Part shown: one piece after another, positions 29,408-40,516 of the stretch
How the letters are laid out: every line of letters starts with the position of its first letter
Position numbering within the stretch: the stretch's first letter is position 1
Sequence record: NZ_AP019725.1
Origin: a plasmid
DNA: 64,000 nt
Reading direction: 5' to 3' (one strand)
Notes under the pieces: model-generated
Seen by the model: the letters and a program-made list of their open reading frames with translations, nothing else
The model's database searches: none
Told to the model about the DNA's origin: nothing
Position numbers and translations under genes: made by a program

Positions 29408-31180
29408 ATGAAAGCAATCATTACTTCATTAGCAGTTGCAACTATTGCCTGCTTAAGCGCATGTAACAATTCGGAATACAAGCCCAACATTGAGACTACA
29501 GCTTCTCCAATTGGTACTGACATATTCAAACCGGATTCTGCATCAATTGCACAAAACTACAGAATACCGAAATGGTTTGAAGATGCCAAGTTCGGTATAT
29601 TCATTCATTGGGGTGTTTATTCTGTGCCTGCCTACGGCAGCGAATGGTATTCAAGATGGATGTATAAAGAAGGACATCCTATTAACAAGTATCATGTAGA
29701 AACGTATGGTCCACTGACAGAATTTGGCTACAAAGATTTTATTCCTATGTTTAAAGCCGAGAACTTCAATCCACAGGAATGGGCAGAGCTTTTCAAGGAA
29801 TCAGGAGCGCAGTATGTGGTACCTGTAGCCGAACATCACGATGGTTTTGCTATGTACAATAGTACCTTCAATAAGTGGAACTCGGTAGATATGGGTCCTA
29901 AGAGGGATGTTATTGGCGAACTAAAAAAGGCAATCATAGCAGAAGGACTTCATTTCGGGTTATCATCGCACAGATGCGAGAATGCTTGGTTTTATGAATA
30001 TGGAATGGACACACCATCCGATGTTCAGGATATGAGTATTTCTCTTTACGGCGAACGTCTGCACCAGCCTGAAGGTAAAGGTATGACTCCTTACTACGGT
30101 AAATATGAAGGTTCTAACGAAAAGTCAAGACGTGAATTCCTCTTGCATACCTACGAACTGATTGACCAATATCAGCCTGAACTGATATGGTTTGACTGGA
30201 CTGTAGGAAAATATCCGTTCCAGCCTACTTTCTATAAATTCATGGCCTATTATTACAATAATGCGCTTGACTGGGGTAAGGAAGTTGTTGTAAATACCAA
30301 ATTCGGCTATGGTGATAATATCCAGGTATTCGATATCGAACGTGGTAAAAGTGACAGAATACGTAAACACTCATGGCAAACCGATACATCAATAGGTAAA
30401 AAATCATGGAGCTACTGTCCTGATGAGGAGAACAAAACTCCAGACCATATTATCGATGACTTTGTGGATATAGTCAGCAAGAATGGTAACCTATTGCTTA
30501 ACGTAGGACCAAAAGTTGACGGAACTATTACAGACGAACAAAAGAATGTTCTTAAAGAGATAGGAAAATGGCTTAAAGTTAATGGTGAAGCAATCTATTG
30601 CTCTCGTCCATGGGTTACTCCAGGCGAAGGAGAAAACAAGGGAACTGCCGGTTATATGACAGATAATGAAAAAACCGAATACACAGCTCAAGACATTCGT
30701 TTTACAACTCGTGATAATAAAGTATATGCAATATCACTTGCATGGGATGATGAAGTTCTTATCAAATCGTTTGCAAAAGATTATATAGAGAATGTGGAGA
30801 TAAAATCTGTAAGTATGCTCGGATCAGAAGAAAAGCTTGAATTCAAACTTACAGATATAGGTCTGAAAGTGAAATTCCCGAAACAGAAACCTACAGAATA
30901 TGCCCATGTTCTTAGAATTGAACTCAATGGTACTGTGATAGCAAAACCAGTTACAGACAAAACAGTTGACAAACTAGTGTCTACTATAAGAATCATGAAC
31001 CATGGTGATAAAACTGTAGAAGTGGATTTGGTAAGCACTGCGGGTAATGACAGTAAAACCAGAACTGTTACACTGAATAGTGCTGCATTAACAGAAGAAA
31101 CCTTCATACATAATATTGACACTGAGAAAACAAAAAAATATGTTCTGAAAGCAGACAATAATATTGTTTATAAGAACTAA
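29408..31180 (+). CDS. Glycoside hydrolase family 29 (alpha-L-fucosidase family; plausibly alpha-L-galactosidase in this context)
   Basis: Lipobox. Canonical GH29 N-terminus WFEDAKFGIFIHWGVYSVPAYGSEWY. Confidence 0.85.
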   Translation: MKAIITSLAVATIACLSACNNSEYKPNIETTASPIGTDIFKPDSASIAQNYRIPKWFEDAKFGIFIHWGVYSVPAYGSEWYSRWMYKEGHPINKYHVETYGPLTEFGYKDFIPMFKAENFNPQEWAELFKESGAQYVVPVAEHHDGFAMYNSTFNKWNSVDMGPKRDVIGELKKAIIAEGLHFGLSSHRCENAWFYEYGMDTPSDVQDMSISLYGERLHQPEGKGMTPYYGKYEGSNEKSRREFLLHTYELIDQYQPELIWFDWTVGKYPFQPTFYKFMAYYYNNALDWGKEVVVNTKFGYGDNIQVFDIERGKSDRIRKHSWQTDTSIGKKSWSYCPDEENKTPDHIIDDFVDIVSKNGNLLLNVGPKVDGTITDEQKNVLKEIGKWLKVNGEAIYCSRPWVTPGEGENKGTAGYMTDNEKTEYTAQDIRFTTRDNKVYAISLAWDDEVLIKSFAKDYIENVEIKSVSMLGSEEKLEFKLTDIGLKVKFPKQKPTEYAHVLRIELNGTVIAKPVTDKTVDKLVSTIRIMNHGDKTVEVDLVSTAGNDSKTRTVTLNSAALTEETFIHNIDTEKTKKYVLKADNNIVYKN

Positions 31181-31197
31181 AAACATCATTTTTATGG

Positions 31198-31230
31198 TCA
31201 GGTGCTTTAATTACCAACAAGCATCTGACT
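31198..31230 (+). terminator. Imperfect hairpin after the GH29 gene
   Basis: gtcaggtgctt ... aagcatctgac (11-bp stem, 1 mismatch). Confidence 0.3.
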
Positions 31231-31458
31231 ATTTGTACAATCTGGATACCTTGAAAACCAAGATTCTATCTGAAAAAACGAAAATACCCACTCTTTAATT
31301 TCAAAACACCTACTATTCCATCAATTCGGAAGTTATAAATTTGCTTTGTATTAAAAATTACGTGAGTTTAAGTAAACCACGACAATATCACAAATAAGAT
31401 ATTCGACAAGCTATTTTCGTATAAATTTATTATAAATGAAAAACCAAGCAAAGTAATA

Positions 31459-31498
31459 CTTTTTATAATCATTTACAACGGCAGCAGATTTAGTTCTG
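31459..31498 (+). promoter_or_regulatory. Long stem-loop in the 5-prime leader of the GH16 gene
   Basis: tttacaacggcagcaga-tttagt-tctgctactgttgtaaa: a 17-bp stem with 2 mismatches, ending about 20 nt before the start codon. Confidence 0.3.
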
Positions 31499-31526
31499 CT
31501 ACTGTTGTAAATTTAAATTGGTAATT

Positions 31527-32900
31527 ATGAAAAAAAGAATTAGCCTTACAAACATATTAATATTGTGTGCAATAACATTCGCAAACTGCAATGAAGTTAT
31601 TATAGAAACAGGTCAAGAAGAATCTGTCAATAATCAGGAAGGTGCAGACAATAATAATACAGAAGAATTTCCCGAAAATACTTTCCCTGTAAGTGAAAAA
31701 ATAAAAACAATCCCTTTACCCCCTACTGGGCAAAAATGGATTGTAAATGATATGTTTACTGATGATTTCAATGCCAGTGAATTGGATGAGTCAAAATGGA
31801 TAAATCCACACCCTACATGGAAAGGTCGTGAACCCGGTCTATTTGAAGAGGAAAGAGTTTCATTTAAAGACGGATGTATGGTACTTGAGGGTATAAAAAT
31901 GAACAATCCGATAGTTGTTAATGGTACTGAATTCAACATTTCATGTGCAGCTGTAGTATCTAAAGAAGAAAAGGCTCACTATGGCTATTATGAATGCAGA
32001 TTCAAAGCAAATAAAACGACACTCTCATCAACGTTTTGGCTTTCAAACAGAAGTGGAAAATTTCCTACCGACGGAAAACAACCTGAAGGAGCTGCACCGG
32101 GAATGTTTAAACAAGAACTTGACATTTGTGAATGTATAGGCAGGACTGGTGATTTCAACGGAAATTTCTTTTATAAAGGAATGAACTCAAATGTTCATTA
32201 TTGGTTTACTCCAGAGGGAGAAAATGTACAGAAAGACATCAGAGCTAAAGAAACAAGGCTATACAGAGAGGATGGAGGTGTACCATCGGACGATTTCAAT
32301 GTGTATGGTTGTTGGTGGAAAGACAAAAGTTCAGCCACTTTCTATCTAAACAACACTCAATCAGGAAGTGTGGAATTCTATAATAGAGACACTAACGATC
32401 CATTTTATTTTACTGAACCTATGGGCGTAAACATGGTAGTGGAAACATACCCATATCCATGGATAGAGCTCCCTAGCGATGAGGAACTTGCTGATGAAAC
32501 AATGAATAAAACATATTATGACTGGGTTAGGGCTTATACTCTTATAGATATAAATGTAGAAACTGAAGAAAGCCAAAATAAAGTGTTTGGCAATAACATA
32601 AATATAACTAATAAGGAGAATAGAATACTCAAAAATAAAGAAAACAAATATAGCACGGAACTGATATATACAGCCGACTATAATTGTAATGCGGTAGTAA
32701 TAATATATAATAAAGACAAAAAAGAAATTTGTAGAAATTCGAGGAAACTCTTTGCAGGATATGCCAGCTTCAATCTTGAATATAGTGTAGAATATGAAAA
32801 AGATAAAGTGTATTATATAGTAGCATACCTGTTACCGGAAAATGAAACAGATATAAATAAGGCTTATCAGACAGATTCATATATTTTGAAAACTTTATAA
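31527..32900 (+). CDS. Glycoside hydrolase family 16 (porphyranase/agarase-like) with C-terminal extra domain
   Basis: Lipobox FANC. GH16 catalytic motif ELDICE (ExDxxE). 458 aa. Confidence 0.7.
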   Translation: MKKRISLTNILILCAITFANCNEVIIETGQEESVNNQEGADNNNTEEFPENTFPVSEKIKTIPLPPTGQKWIVNDMFTDDFNASELDESKWINPHPTWKGREPGLFEEERVSFKDGCMVLEGIKMNNPIVVNGTEFNISCAAVVSKEEKAHYGYYECRFKANKTTLSSTFWLSNRSGKFPTDGKQPEGAAPGMFKQELDICECIGRTGDFNGNFFYKGMNSNVHYWFTPEGENVQKDIRAKETRLYREDGGVPSDDFNVYGCWWKDKSSATFYLNNTQSGSVEFYNRDTNDPFYFTEPMGVNMVVETYPYPWIELPSDEELADETMNKTYYDWVRAYTLIDINVETEESQNKVFGNNINITNKENRILKNKENKYSTELIYTADYNCNAVVIIYNKDKKEICRNSRKLFAGYASFNLEYSVEYEKDKVYYIVAYLLPENETDINKAYQTDSYILKTL

Positions 32901-32990
32901 GCCTTTAAATATAACGAAATATGAACGATACATATTTAGGGTATTACAACAGAAAAACAAGTTTATCATAAAATAAAAAATTAACATACC

Positions 32991-34601
32991 ATGGTAAAAT
33001 TTAATTTTAACAGCAGCTTGGCAACAGTTATTGCAGTTGTACCCACTGTGTGCAGTATGGCTCAGGAAAAACCGATGAACGTGATATTCATCATGTCAGA
33101 TGACCACACTTCGCAAGCTATTGGAGCTTACGGAAGCCATCTGGCAAAACTTAATCCTACTCCTAATATTGATGAACTGGCCAGTGACGGAGTAGTATTC
33201 GATAATTGTTTCTGTACGAACTCTATCAGCACTCCTAGCCGTGCATGCATAATGACCGGACAATACTCTCACCATAACGAAGTTCTTACACTTGACGAAA
33301 AACTTGATGTAGACAGACAATATCTTGTGAAGGAATTCAGCAAAATGGGATATCAGACTGCCATGGTGGGTAAATGGCATCTGAAAAACGAACCTGCAAA
33401 CTTTGATTATTACAAAGTTCTTAACGGTCATGGAGGACAGGGTGAATATTTTAATCCCACATTTCTTACAAATGAAATAAGTAACAAAGAATGGCCTAAA
33501 AATCAGGTAAAGACAAATGGATATTCTTCGGATGTTATTACAAATATAACTATTGACTGGCTGAAAAACAGACGTGACAAGAACAAACCTTTCTTCCTGA
33601 TGCATCACTATAAAGCTCCTCACGATATGTTTGAGTATGCTCCACGATATAAATATTATCTCGAAGATACAGAAGTTCCGGTACCGGAATCGCTTTATAA
33701 TCAGGATGGATGGGGTTCTGAGGCTACAAGAGGGAAAAATGACTCTCTGAGACACTTCATCGGTACTTCTATTTCAAGAAGACATGAGAACAGAAGCTAC
33801 GCAGAAGACTATAAAATAAATACAGGTGATCCTAAAAAGGATACATACGAAGCGTACCAAAGATACCTGAAAGATTATCTGAGATGTGTAAAAGGTGTGG
33901 ACGACAACTTGAAAAGGCTGTTTGACTACCTGAAAAAAGAGGGACTTTGGGAAAATACCATTATTGTTTATACAGGGGATCAGGGTATGATGCTTGGTGA
34001 ACATGACTTGCAGGACAAAAGATGGATGTATGATGAATCAATGAGAATGCCTTTTATTGTGAGAGATCCAAAATCTAAGCAAAGAGGTGTACATAACGAT
34101 TTAATGATAAATAATATAGACTTTGCTCCTACTCTGATTGAACTGGCAGGCGGTAAGGCTCCAGAATATATGGACGGAAAAAGCTTTGCTGATGTATTTG
34201 AAGGTAAAACTCCTGCAAACTGGAAAGATGAGGTTTACTACAGATACTGGATGCACATGATTCACCATGATATTCCTGCACATATTGGTATAAGAACAAA
34301 AGATTATAAACTGATATTGTTCTACGGAAGACATTATGACGAAAAGACAATGGGCACTCCTTCAATGTGGTGGTTAAGAGATAAAGGCAGTCATAAGGTG
34401 GTACAAACTCCGGTTGCTTTCGAACTCTATGACTTGAAAAAGGATCCTATGGAAATGAAAAACGTAGCAAATGATCCCGAATATAAAGATGTTCTGAAAG
34501 ATATGAAAGTGCGTCTGGCTAAACTTAGAGAAAAAGTTGGCGATACTGACGAAAAATATCCTAAAATAAAAGCTATTATTGACAATGCTTTAAAGAACTA
34601 A
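32991..34601 (+). CDS. Sulfatase (formylglycine-dependent, Ser-type signature S-T-P-S-R)
   Basis: Signature ISTPSRACIMTGQY and metal-binding IFIMSDDH. 536 aa. Confidence 0.85.
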   Translation: MVKFNFNSSLATVIAVVPTVCSMAQEKPMNVIFIMSDDHTSQAIGAYGSHLAKLNPTPNIDELASDGVVFDNCFCTNSISTPSRACIMTGQYSHHNEVLTLDEKLDVDRQYLVKEFSKMGYQTAMVGKWHLKNEPANFDYYKVLNGHGGQGEYFNPTFLTNEISNKEWPKNQVKTNGYSSDVITNITIDWLKNRRDKNKPFFLMHHYKAPHDMFEYAPRYKYYLEDTEVPVPESLYNQDGWGSEATRGKNDSLRHFIGTSISRRHENRSYAEDYKINTGDPKKDTYEAYQRYLKDYLRCVKGVDDNLKRLFDYLKKEGLWENTIIVYTGDQGMMLGEHDLQDKRWMYDESMRMPFIVRDPKSKQRGVHNDLMINNIDFAPTLIELAGGKAPEYMDGKSFADVFEGKTPANWKDEVYYRYWMHMIHHDIPAHIGIRTKDYKLILFYGRHYDEKTMGTPSMWWLRDKGSHKVVQTPVAFELYDLKKDPMEMKNVANDPEYKDVLKDMKVRLAKLREKVGDTDEKYPKIKAIIDNALKN

Positions 34602-34781
34602 TATTTCAGGGTATTATAAGATTTTATTTAGAAATAGAGGCTACGTAAATAGAGCTGTGTCAACCCTTTAACTTGTCATTTATTTAGTTAAATATTACTT
34701 CGAATACATCTGATTTTCAGGTGTTTATCCGAAAGTAAAATTTGAGATAATCAGGCTTGTTTAGGATTGACACAGTTTGAA

Positions 34782-37700
34782 TTACGGTCTCTCATCCTCT
34801 GATTTTCCTTTTAAATATGATGTAGGAGTTACACCAAACATTTCCTTAAACCTAAGTCTGAAAGTATTGACATCATTATAACCAATCTCCCACGCAGTCT
34901 CGGAGACATTCTTCTCGCCAGACTGAAGTAACTGAGCCGCATATTTGAATCTTATATTACGTATAAATTTCAAAGTTGTGTCTCCTGTAATAGCCTTGAT
35001 TTTCCTGTTTAAATATGTTCGCGAAACACCATACTCATCGGCAATCAGTTCTACACTTAACTCCGGATTACTCATTTCCCTTTTAATAATATTAATAATC
35101 TCGGTCATAAAATTGAGGTCAGTCTTTGTACTGGCAACCTTTTCAGGAGATATAATAGCATTTTTTGAGTATTGCTCCTGCAATCTGGCTCTATTGGCCA
35201 ATATACTTTTTATTACCCCACGCAAAGTGGACATTTCAAAAGGTTTTTCAAGATATGAATCAACATTAGCCAGATTATAACTGTCCAGTCTGTTCTTGAC
35301 AGAATTATTAGCTGTTAGTACTATAATCGGAATATGGCTTATCTCCTCATCTTTCTTTATCTCAATACACATGTCAATACCATTCATTATCGGCATGCGT
35401 ATATCTGTAATTATCAGATTAGGATAAAACTCCTTACATTTTTCAAGACCTTCCTTTCCGTTTCCAGCAGTAATGACTTCAAAATCGGAAGAAAGATTCT
35501 CGGCAACCACATTTCTCATCTGGTCATTATCCTCTACAATCAGTAAAGTCAGTTTATGAAGTTCTGAATCCTCCGACTGGTTAGTCTCCTGTTTAACTTC
35601 ATTATTCGAAAAATCCATAGACGATAATTCGTCGTCAATAAGCGATAGAGTGTCTTTCCTTAATATATCATAATATGGAATCTCACTCAATGTCACATGT
35701 TCTGTAAGTTCTCTCTTCAGTATAATATTACATTTTGTTCCTTCACCCGATTTACTGAAAATTTCGATATTTCCTCCATGAACATCAATAATATTCTTAC
35801 ACATAGACAGACCGATACCCGTACCAGCCTGCTTGAGTTTATTATGCTCCTTGCCTTGATAGAATCTCTCAAACAGATGCGACAGTTCTTCCTCAGAAAT
35901 ACCTTCACCTGTGTCCTGTACAGACACTGTTATGGTATTGGCATCATTCGCTACATATACACTTATACTTCCTCCTTGTGGGGTATATTTGAATGCATTT
36001 GAAATTACATTTACAATTACTTTCTCAAATAAAGAAATATCTATCATCGAAACTGCAGCTTCTTCAGGAGTATTTATAGAATATATTATATTCCTGTTCT
36101 CTGAGAGACACTTAAACCTCGAATAAATATCTCCAACCACATCTGACACATTAACCGGATACGGATTAAACTGTAGCTTCCCACGTTCTATTTTTCTGAA
36201 ATCCAACAACTGATTTATAAGAATTTTCAATGTGGAAACATTTTGGCGTATGAGGGTCAAATAATAAAGTTGTTTCTTGTCAGATCCACAATTATTGATT
36301 GCCGACTCCAAAGGTATCTCAATGAGAGTGAGAGGTGTCCTGAACTCATGCGACACGTCCGTAAAGAACTGAAGCTTGTATTGTGTAATTTCTTCAGCCT
36401 GCTTAGCCTCAAGATTTGCTGCAAGTACTTCTTTTTTCTTTCTATAGAAAGCTTTTAATATCAAATAAGATATATACATAAGGACGACAAACAGTAAGAA
36501 ATAAATAAAGTATGCCAGTCCGCTACGTACAAATGGTGGCTTTACGGTGAAACTCAATTGGGCTGGATGTTCGCTAACAAAACCATCTTCATTACTGGCT
36601 TTTACAATAAATATATAATCGCCCTCAGGCAAGTTGGTGTATCTTGCAGTTCTCTGAGTACTGTTAGTTAGCTGCCATTCGTTGTCAAAACCTTCAAGCT
36701 TATAGTAATACTTTAATCCTCCTGGATTGGACAACTGTAGTCCGGTAAATCTGAACGCTACATTCCTGTCATCATAATCCAGTACCAGCTCACTGTGCTC
36801 GGAATTAAATTTTAATGATGTACCATTAGTCAGCATGTCTGTTATAAAGACTTTTGGCTTTCTCTCATTTTTCACTATTTCATTACCCCTGAACACAAGA
36901 ATTCCCCTTCTGCTTCCAAATACAAGTTCACCGTTATGACGTTTAACACCACATATTTCACTGAATTCTTCTTCGGATATGCCATTATCTTTTCCATAAT
37001 GGATAATGCTGTTATCTGTTAGATTGACTCTGGAAATACCTTTGTTGCTCGATACCCATACATTATTATCCTGATCTGTCAGCACAGTTTTAATGGAATT
37101 ATTGTGCAGCCCGTTCTTTGTAGTCAGTTTTGTGCAACTGTTATTAATATAGTCGTATAATATTAATCCATTACCCATTGAGCCCATCAGCAGTTTTCCA
37201 TTATATTCCTTTATATCAAGAACATAAAGATGATTGAACCAGTCACTATCCCCACTGAATGTTATACGGTTTACTTTCAGATTTTCATCATTGATATCAA
37301 TAAAATTCAATCCACTGTCAGTACCTATCCATATTTTAGATTTATTATCAAAATACAAAGAACGGATTATATTCGAAGATAAATCAGAATTATATATAGT
37401 GAAATGTCTGTAATCCACAACATTTCCATTGTTATCAAGCTGTAATCTGAAAACTCCATTACTGTAAGTGGCAATCCACAAAACATTTTCCGAAGTTTTT
37501 TCTATTGAGAACACGAAGCCCATTTTAAGTGATGAAGGACAAGAGTAATTTACAATATCGGCAGTTTTGTTATCTATTGCAACAAGATTTGCCGGAAAAC
37601 TTGTTCCTACCCATATCAGTTTACGACCATTTTTGAGTTTTGTTTCTTCAAAAGCATAACCTCTATTCTCATATTTTGAATTGACATTTACAACTTGAAA

Positions 37701-38888
37701 CAAATCATTATAATTTTTATCTGCAGAGAGCCTGAACACCCCTTCTTCTTCTTCACCTAACCACAAATTACCGTCGGAGTCCTCAAAAACCGCACGAACC
37801 TGCATACATTCACTCTTCTGTTTTCTACCGGAAGGATCTTTATGAAAACCTTTGGGTATATAATTCTGAAACTTATGTGCTTTCTTGTTTAGTGAGTATA
37901 GTCCTCCACCTCTGATTCCAATCCATATATTGTTTTCAGAGTCAGTCATCAAGCATGACACATTATTGCTATTCAAAGATTTGACAAACTCCTTATTAAG
38001 ACTGAATTGAGTTGAATAATTTTCATTATCCTCTGATTGGGAAAGATATTCCAAACCCCTTCTATTTGCCACCCAAATATTATCAAAATCTTTTATTAGT
38101 GCAGATACAGGTTTATCGTATAGCAGGACAGGAGTAATGTTATCAAAAGTACCGTCATGAGGTTCTATTTTAAACAGTTTAGATCCACCTACAAGAATAG
38201 CACTCTTATCACCAGTTATGATATTGCCTGAGATGTGAATTTTATTTGAAACCAGCTTATCATCCTTTATACCTGTCACCAGTTCAGTATATGCATTCCT
38301 AGCAATCCAAATATTACCATATACATCCTGATATATATCCTTTATTGCGTCACTGGAAGCATTTCCCTCGAACTCAAAAAGATGTCTTTCTGTTATAATA
38401 TTTTCCTTATGGTCGAATTTAATCTTTAACAAACCATAATTCATTCCTATCCATATATCATTCTGCGAGTCAACCATTACCGCTGTAATGTCCCCCCCCT
38501 TTAAATCTTTTCTGTTTATAAGTATCTCAATGGGAAAATTTATAAATTCACCTGTTTCGTAGTCAAAACGTGACAATCCGCGTCCATAAGTACCAACCCA
38601 CAGATTATTATAGCTGTCAATATCCAGACTCAGAATCATATTTGTACTTATAGCCCCTTCCTGCCCGTCACTCAAATATGCCTTATATTCATAACCGTCA
38701 TATCTGTACAGACCATCAAGTGTTGCTATCCAGATAAAACCATACTTATCCTGAATTATATCATTGACTTCACTTTGAGGCAAATTCCTGGTACGGAATT
38801 CATACTCTTCGCCATTTATTACATATTGCGGGAAAACCTTAATTATACAAGTAAATATTATGCAAAAGAATAAACAAAATTTTTTCAT
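34782..38888 (-). CDS. Hybrid two-component system sensor histidine kinase/response regulator with AraC-type HTH (PUL regulator)
   Basis: 1368 aa. It has a signal peptide, beta-propeller repeats (GLxRYD), HisKA (SHEFRTPLT), HATPase, a receiver domain (LIVEDN...D) and C-terminal AraC-type HTH. Confidence 0.9.
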   Translation of the reverse strand: MKKFCLFFCIIFTCIIKVFPQYVINGEEYEFRTRNLPQSEVNDIIQDKYGFIWIATLDGLYRYDGYEYKAYLSDGQEGAISTNMILSLDIDSYNNLWVGTYGRGLSRFDYETGEFINFPIEILINRKDLKGGDITAVMVDSQNDIWIGMNYGLLKIKFDHKENIITERHLFEFEGNASSDAIKDIYQDVYGNIWIARNAYTELVTGIKDDKLVSNKIHISGNIITGDKSAILVGGSKLFKIEPHDGTFDNITPVLLYDKPVSALIKDFDNIWVANRRGLEYLSQSEDNENYSTQFSLNKEFVKSLNSNNVSCLMTDSENNIWIGIRGGGLYSLNKKAHKFQNYIPKGFHKDPSGRKQKSECMQVRAVFEDSDGNLWLGEEEEGVFRLSADKNYNDLFQVVNVNSKYENRGYAFEETKLKNGRKLIWVGTSFPANLVAIDNKTADIVNYSCPSSLKMGFVFSIEKTSENVLWIATYSNGVFRLQLDNNGNVVDYRHFTIYNSDLSSNIIRSLYFDNKSKIWIGTDSGLNFIDINDENLKVNRITFSGDSDWFNHLYVLDIKEYNGKLLMGSMGNGLILYDYINNSCTKLTTKNGLHNNSIKTVLTDQDNNVWVSSNKGISRVNLTDNSIIHYGKDNGISEEEFSEICGVKRHNGELVFGSRRGILVFRGNEIVKNERKPKVFITDMLTNGTSLKFNSEHSELVLDYDDRNVAFRFTGLQLSNPGGLKYYYKLEGFDNEWQLTNSTQRTARYTNLPEGDYIFIVKASNEDGFVSEHPAQLSFTVKPPFVRSGLAYFIYFLLFVVLMYISYLILKAFYRKKKEVLAANLEAKQAEEITQYKLQFFTDVSHEFRTPLTLIEIPLESAINNCGSDKKQLYYLTLIRQNVSTLKILINQLLDFRKIERGKLQFNPYPVNVSDVVGDIYSRFKCLSENRNIIYSINTPEEAAVSMIDISLFEKVIVNVISNAFKYTPQGGSISVYVANDANTITVSVQDTGEGISEEELSHLFERFYQGKEHNKLKQAGTGIGLSMCKNIIDVHGGNIEIFSKSGEGTKCNIILKRELTEHVTLSEIPYYDILRKDTLSLIDDELSSMDFSNNEVKQETNQSEDSELHKLTLLIVEDNDQMRNVVAENLSSDFEVITAGNGKEGLEKCKEFYPNLIITDIRMPIMNGIDMCIEIKKDEEISHIPIIVLTANNSVKNRLDSYNLANVDSYLEKPFEMSTLRGVIKSILANRARLQEQYSKNAIISPEKVASTKTDLNFMTEIINIIKREMSNPELSVELIADEYGVSRTYLNRKIKAITGDTTLKFIRNIRFKYAAQLLQSGEKNVSETAWEIGYNDVNTFRLRFKEMFGVTPTSYLKGKSEDERP

Positions 38889-38910
38889 AAGTAACTATTC
38901 AAAATTAATT

Positions 38911-39384
38911 TTATACATATGAGTAATTCACAAATAAGTTCGTCCCTACAGATGCAAGAGCTCTGTTTGTACAATAGAAAAGCGAGTCCTTAGTATTGTA
39001 ATCAGCAGGTCTTATCCATTTGCCTTTCAATATACGCCATAGTGTCTCGGCTGGATTAAGTTCCGGAGAGTATGGTGGAAGATAGAAAAGGAATAATCCT
39101 CTATCCTCCCATATCTTTCTTATTTCCTTTATCTTTCGGTTCCTATGGACAGAAGCATTATCAAGTACAACCACCGTTTTCTTCTTTACCTCAAAAGAGA
39201 ACCTGTCAAGATAATCCACAAGCCTGTCTGCATTGATGGATTCTTGTGTTGTAAAGCCTTTATATTGATTTCTTCTGGTAATCATTCCAAAGATATTAAG
39301 TCTTGCAGCTTTCTCGGATGGAATATATACATTCTCATCTTTGAACTGCCATCCGTAAGGTACATACATGACTTTCATCAGCAT
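38911..39384 (-). mobile_element. IS630-family transposase, C-terminal DDE part (interrupted gene)
   Basis: LPPYSPELNPAE is the Tc1/IS630 DDE signature. The ORF start abuts the IS982 target duplication at 39387. Confidence 0.7.
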
Positions 39385-39393
39385 AATAAAGTT

Positions 39394-40413
39394 ACCTGTT
39401 GGCGGAATTAAATTATAAAAGATTTATGTTTAAAAAGTTGTGCATATTGTTGATATTTAGTAAATTAAAGGTGACTAAACTTTTAATAGACAAATATCGT
39501 ATGCACAACTTATATGCAATATTCGCAAAATTACTGAACATATGCAAGCAAATTGCCGGCAATTTAGTCAATGAATCCGGGAATGTACCAAGACGAGGAG
39601 TCGTCCCTAAATTCTCAGACCTTGAAGTAGTGGCCTTGAACATGGCATCAGAGGCTGTTGGTATTGACAGTGAGTCGCTGTTGTTTGCAAAGCTACAGGA
39701 ATATAGGGTTGAAATACCCAACCTTATTTCCCGCCGACAATACAATGACAGGCGTAAAATAACTTCCTCCCTATGTAATGCAATCCGAGAAGAATGGTTT
39801 CTAAAATGGATGGTGGTGAAGACTATTTCTGTATTGATTCGAAACCGATAGAAGTATGTCGTATTGCCCGTTCCAAACGTTGCAGTATGGGAAAGAAGGA
39901 TTTTAGAAAAGCACCTGGGGTAGGATACTGCGCATCATAAAGCATGTATTATTATGGGTATAAACTCCATGCAGTCTGCGGGTTAAGTGGTATCATCCAT
40001 TCCTTTGACCTCACTAAGGCAAGTGTGCATGACATTCATTACCTGAAGGATGTGAAAGTGGATTATAGTAATTGTACAGTCATAGGGGACAGAGGATATA
40101 TAAGTGCCCAAGCGCAATTGGATTTGTTTGAAACTGCCAATATCAGATTGGAGGTACCATACAGATGTAATCAAAAAGAATGGAAGCCAACATTTCCGGC
40201 TTTTGCCAAAGCGAGAAAAAGAATTGAAACCCTATTCTCACAATTGTGTGACCAGTTTATGATTATAAGGAATTATGCGAAAGATACAGATGGATTGTTT
40301 GCCCGGATTATTGGGAAGATTAGCGCACTTACAATCCTTCAATATATTAACTACAAAAATGAAAAGCCTATTGGCAGAGTTAAATATGCGCTATTTTAAT
40401 TCCGCCAACAGGT
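39394..40413 (+). mobile_element. IS982-family insertion sequence (1020 bp) with perfect 16-bp terminal inverted repeats and 7-bp target-site duplication TAAAGTT
   Basis: Left IR ACCTGTTGGCGGAATT at 39394-39409. Right IR AATTCCGCCAACAGGT at 40398-40413. TAAAGTT at 39387-39393 and 40414-40420. Confidence 0.8.
39399..40399 (+). pseudogene. IS982-family transposase, disrupted (frameshift plus in-frame TAA at 39938-39940)
   Basis: Two ORFs (150 and 151 aa). The conserved ...FCIDSKPIEVCRIARSKRC segment is in the frame of the second ORF but is cut off from it by TAA. The second ORF holds the DDE region (VIGDRGYIS). Confidence 0.7.
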
Positions 40414-40516
40414 TAAAGTTCTATTTAACCTTTGGAATCAAGGCTTTCAAGTTCTTGCAACTTCTCTTTCTTGTATGAATAGAGTTGCGGTGAGGGGGTA
40501 CCCCTTGGGCGTTTTC

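Noticed and set aside
33096-33755. 219-aa antisense ORF inside the sulfatase gene, and similar antisense ORFs at 52117..52773, 21242..21772, 15303..15818 and 4323..4670
   Set aside because: They are embedded opposite strongly conserved, motif-bearing genes and have no motifs of their own. Typical spurious antisense ORFs.
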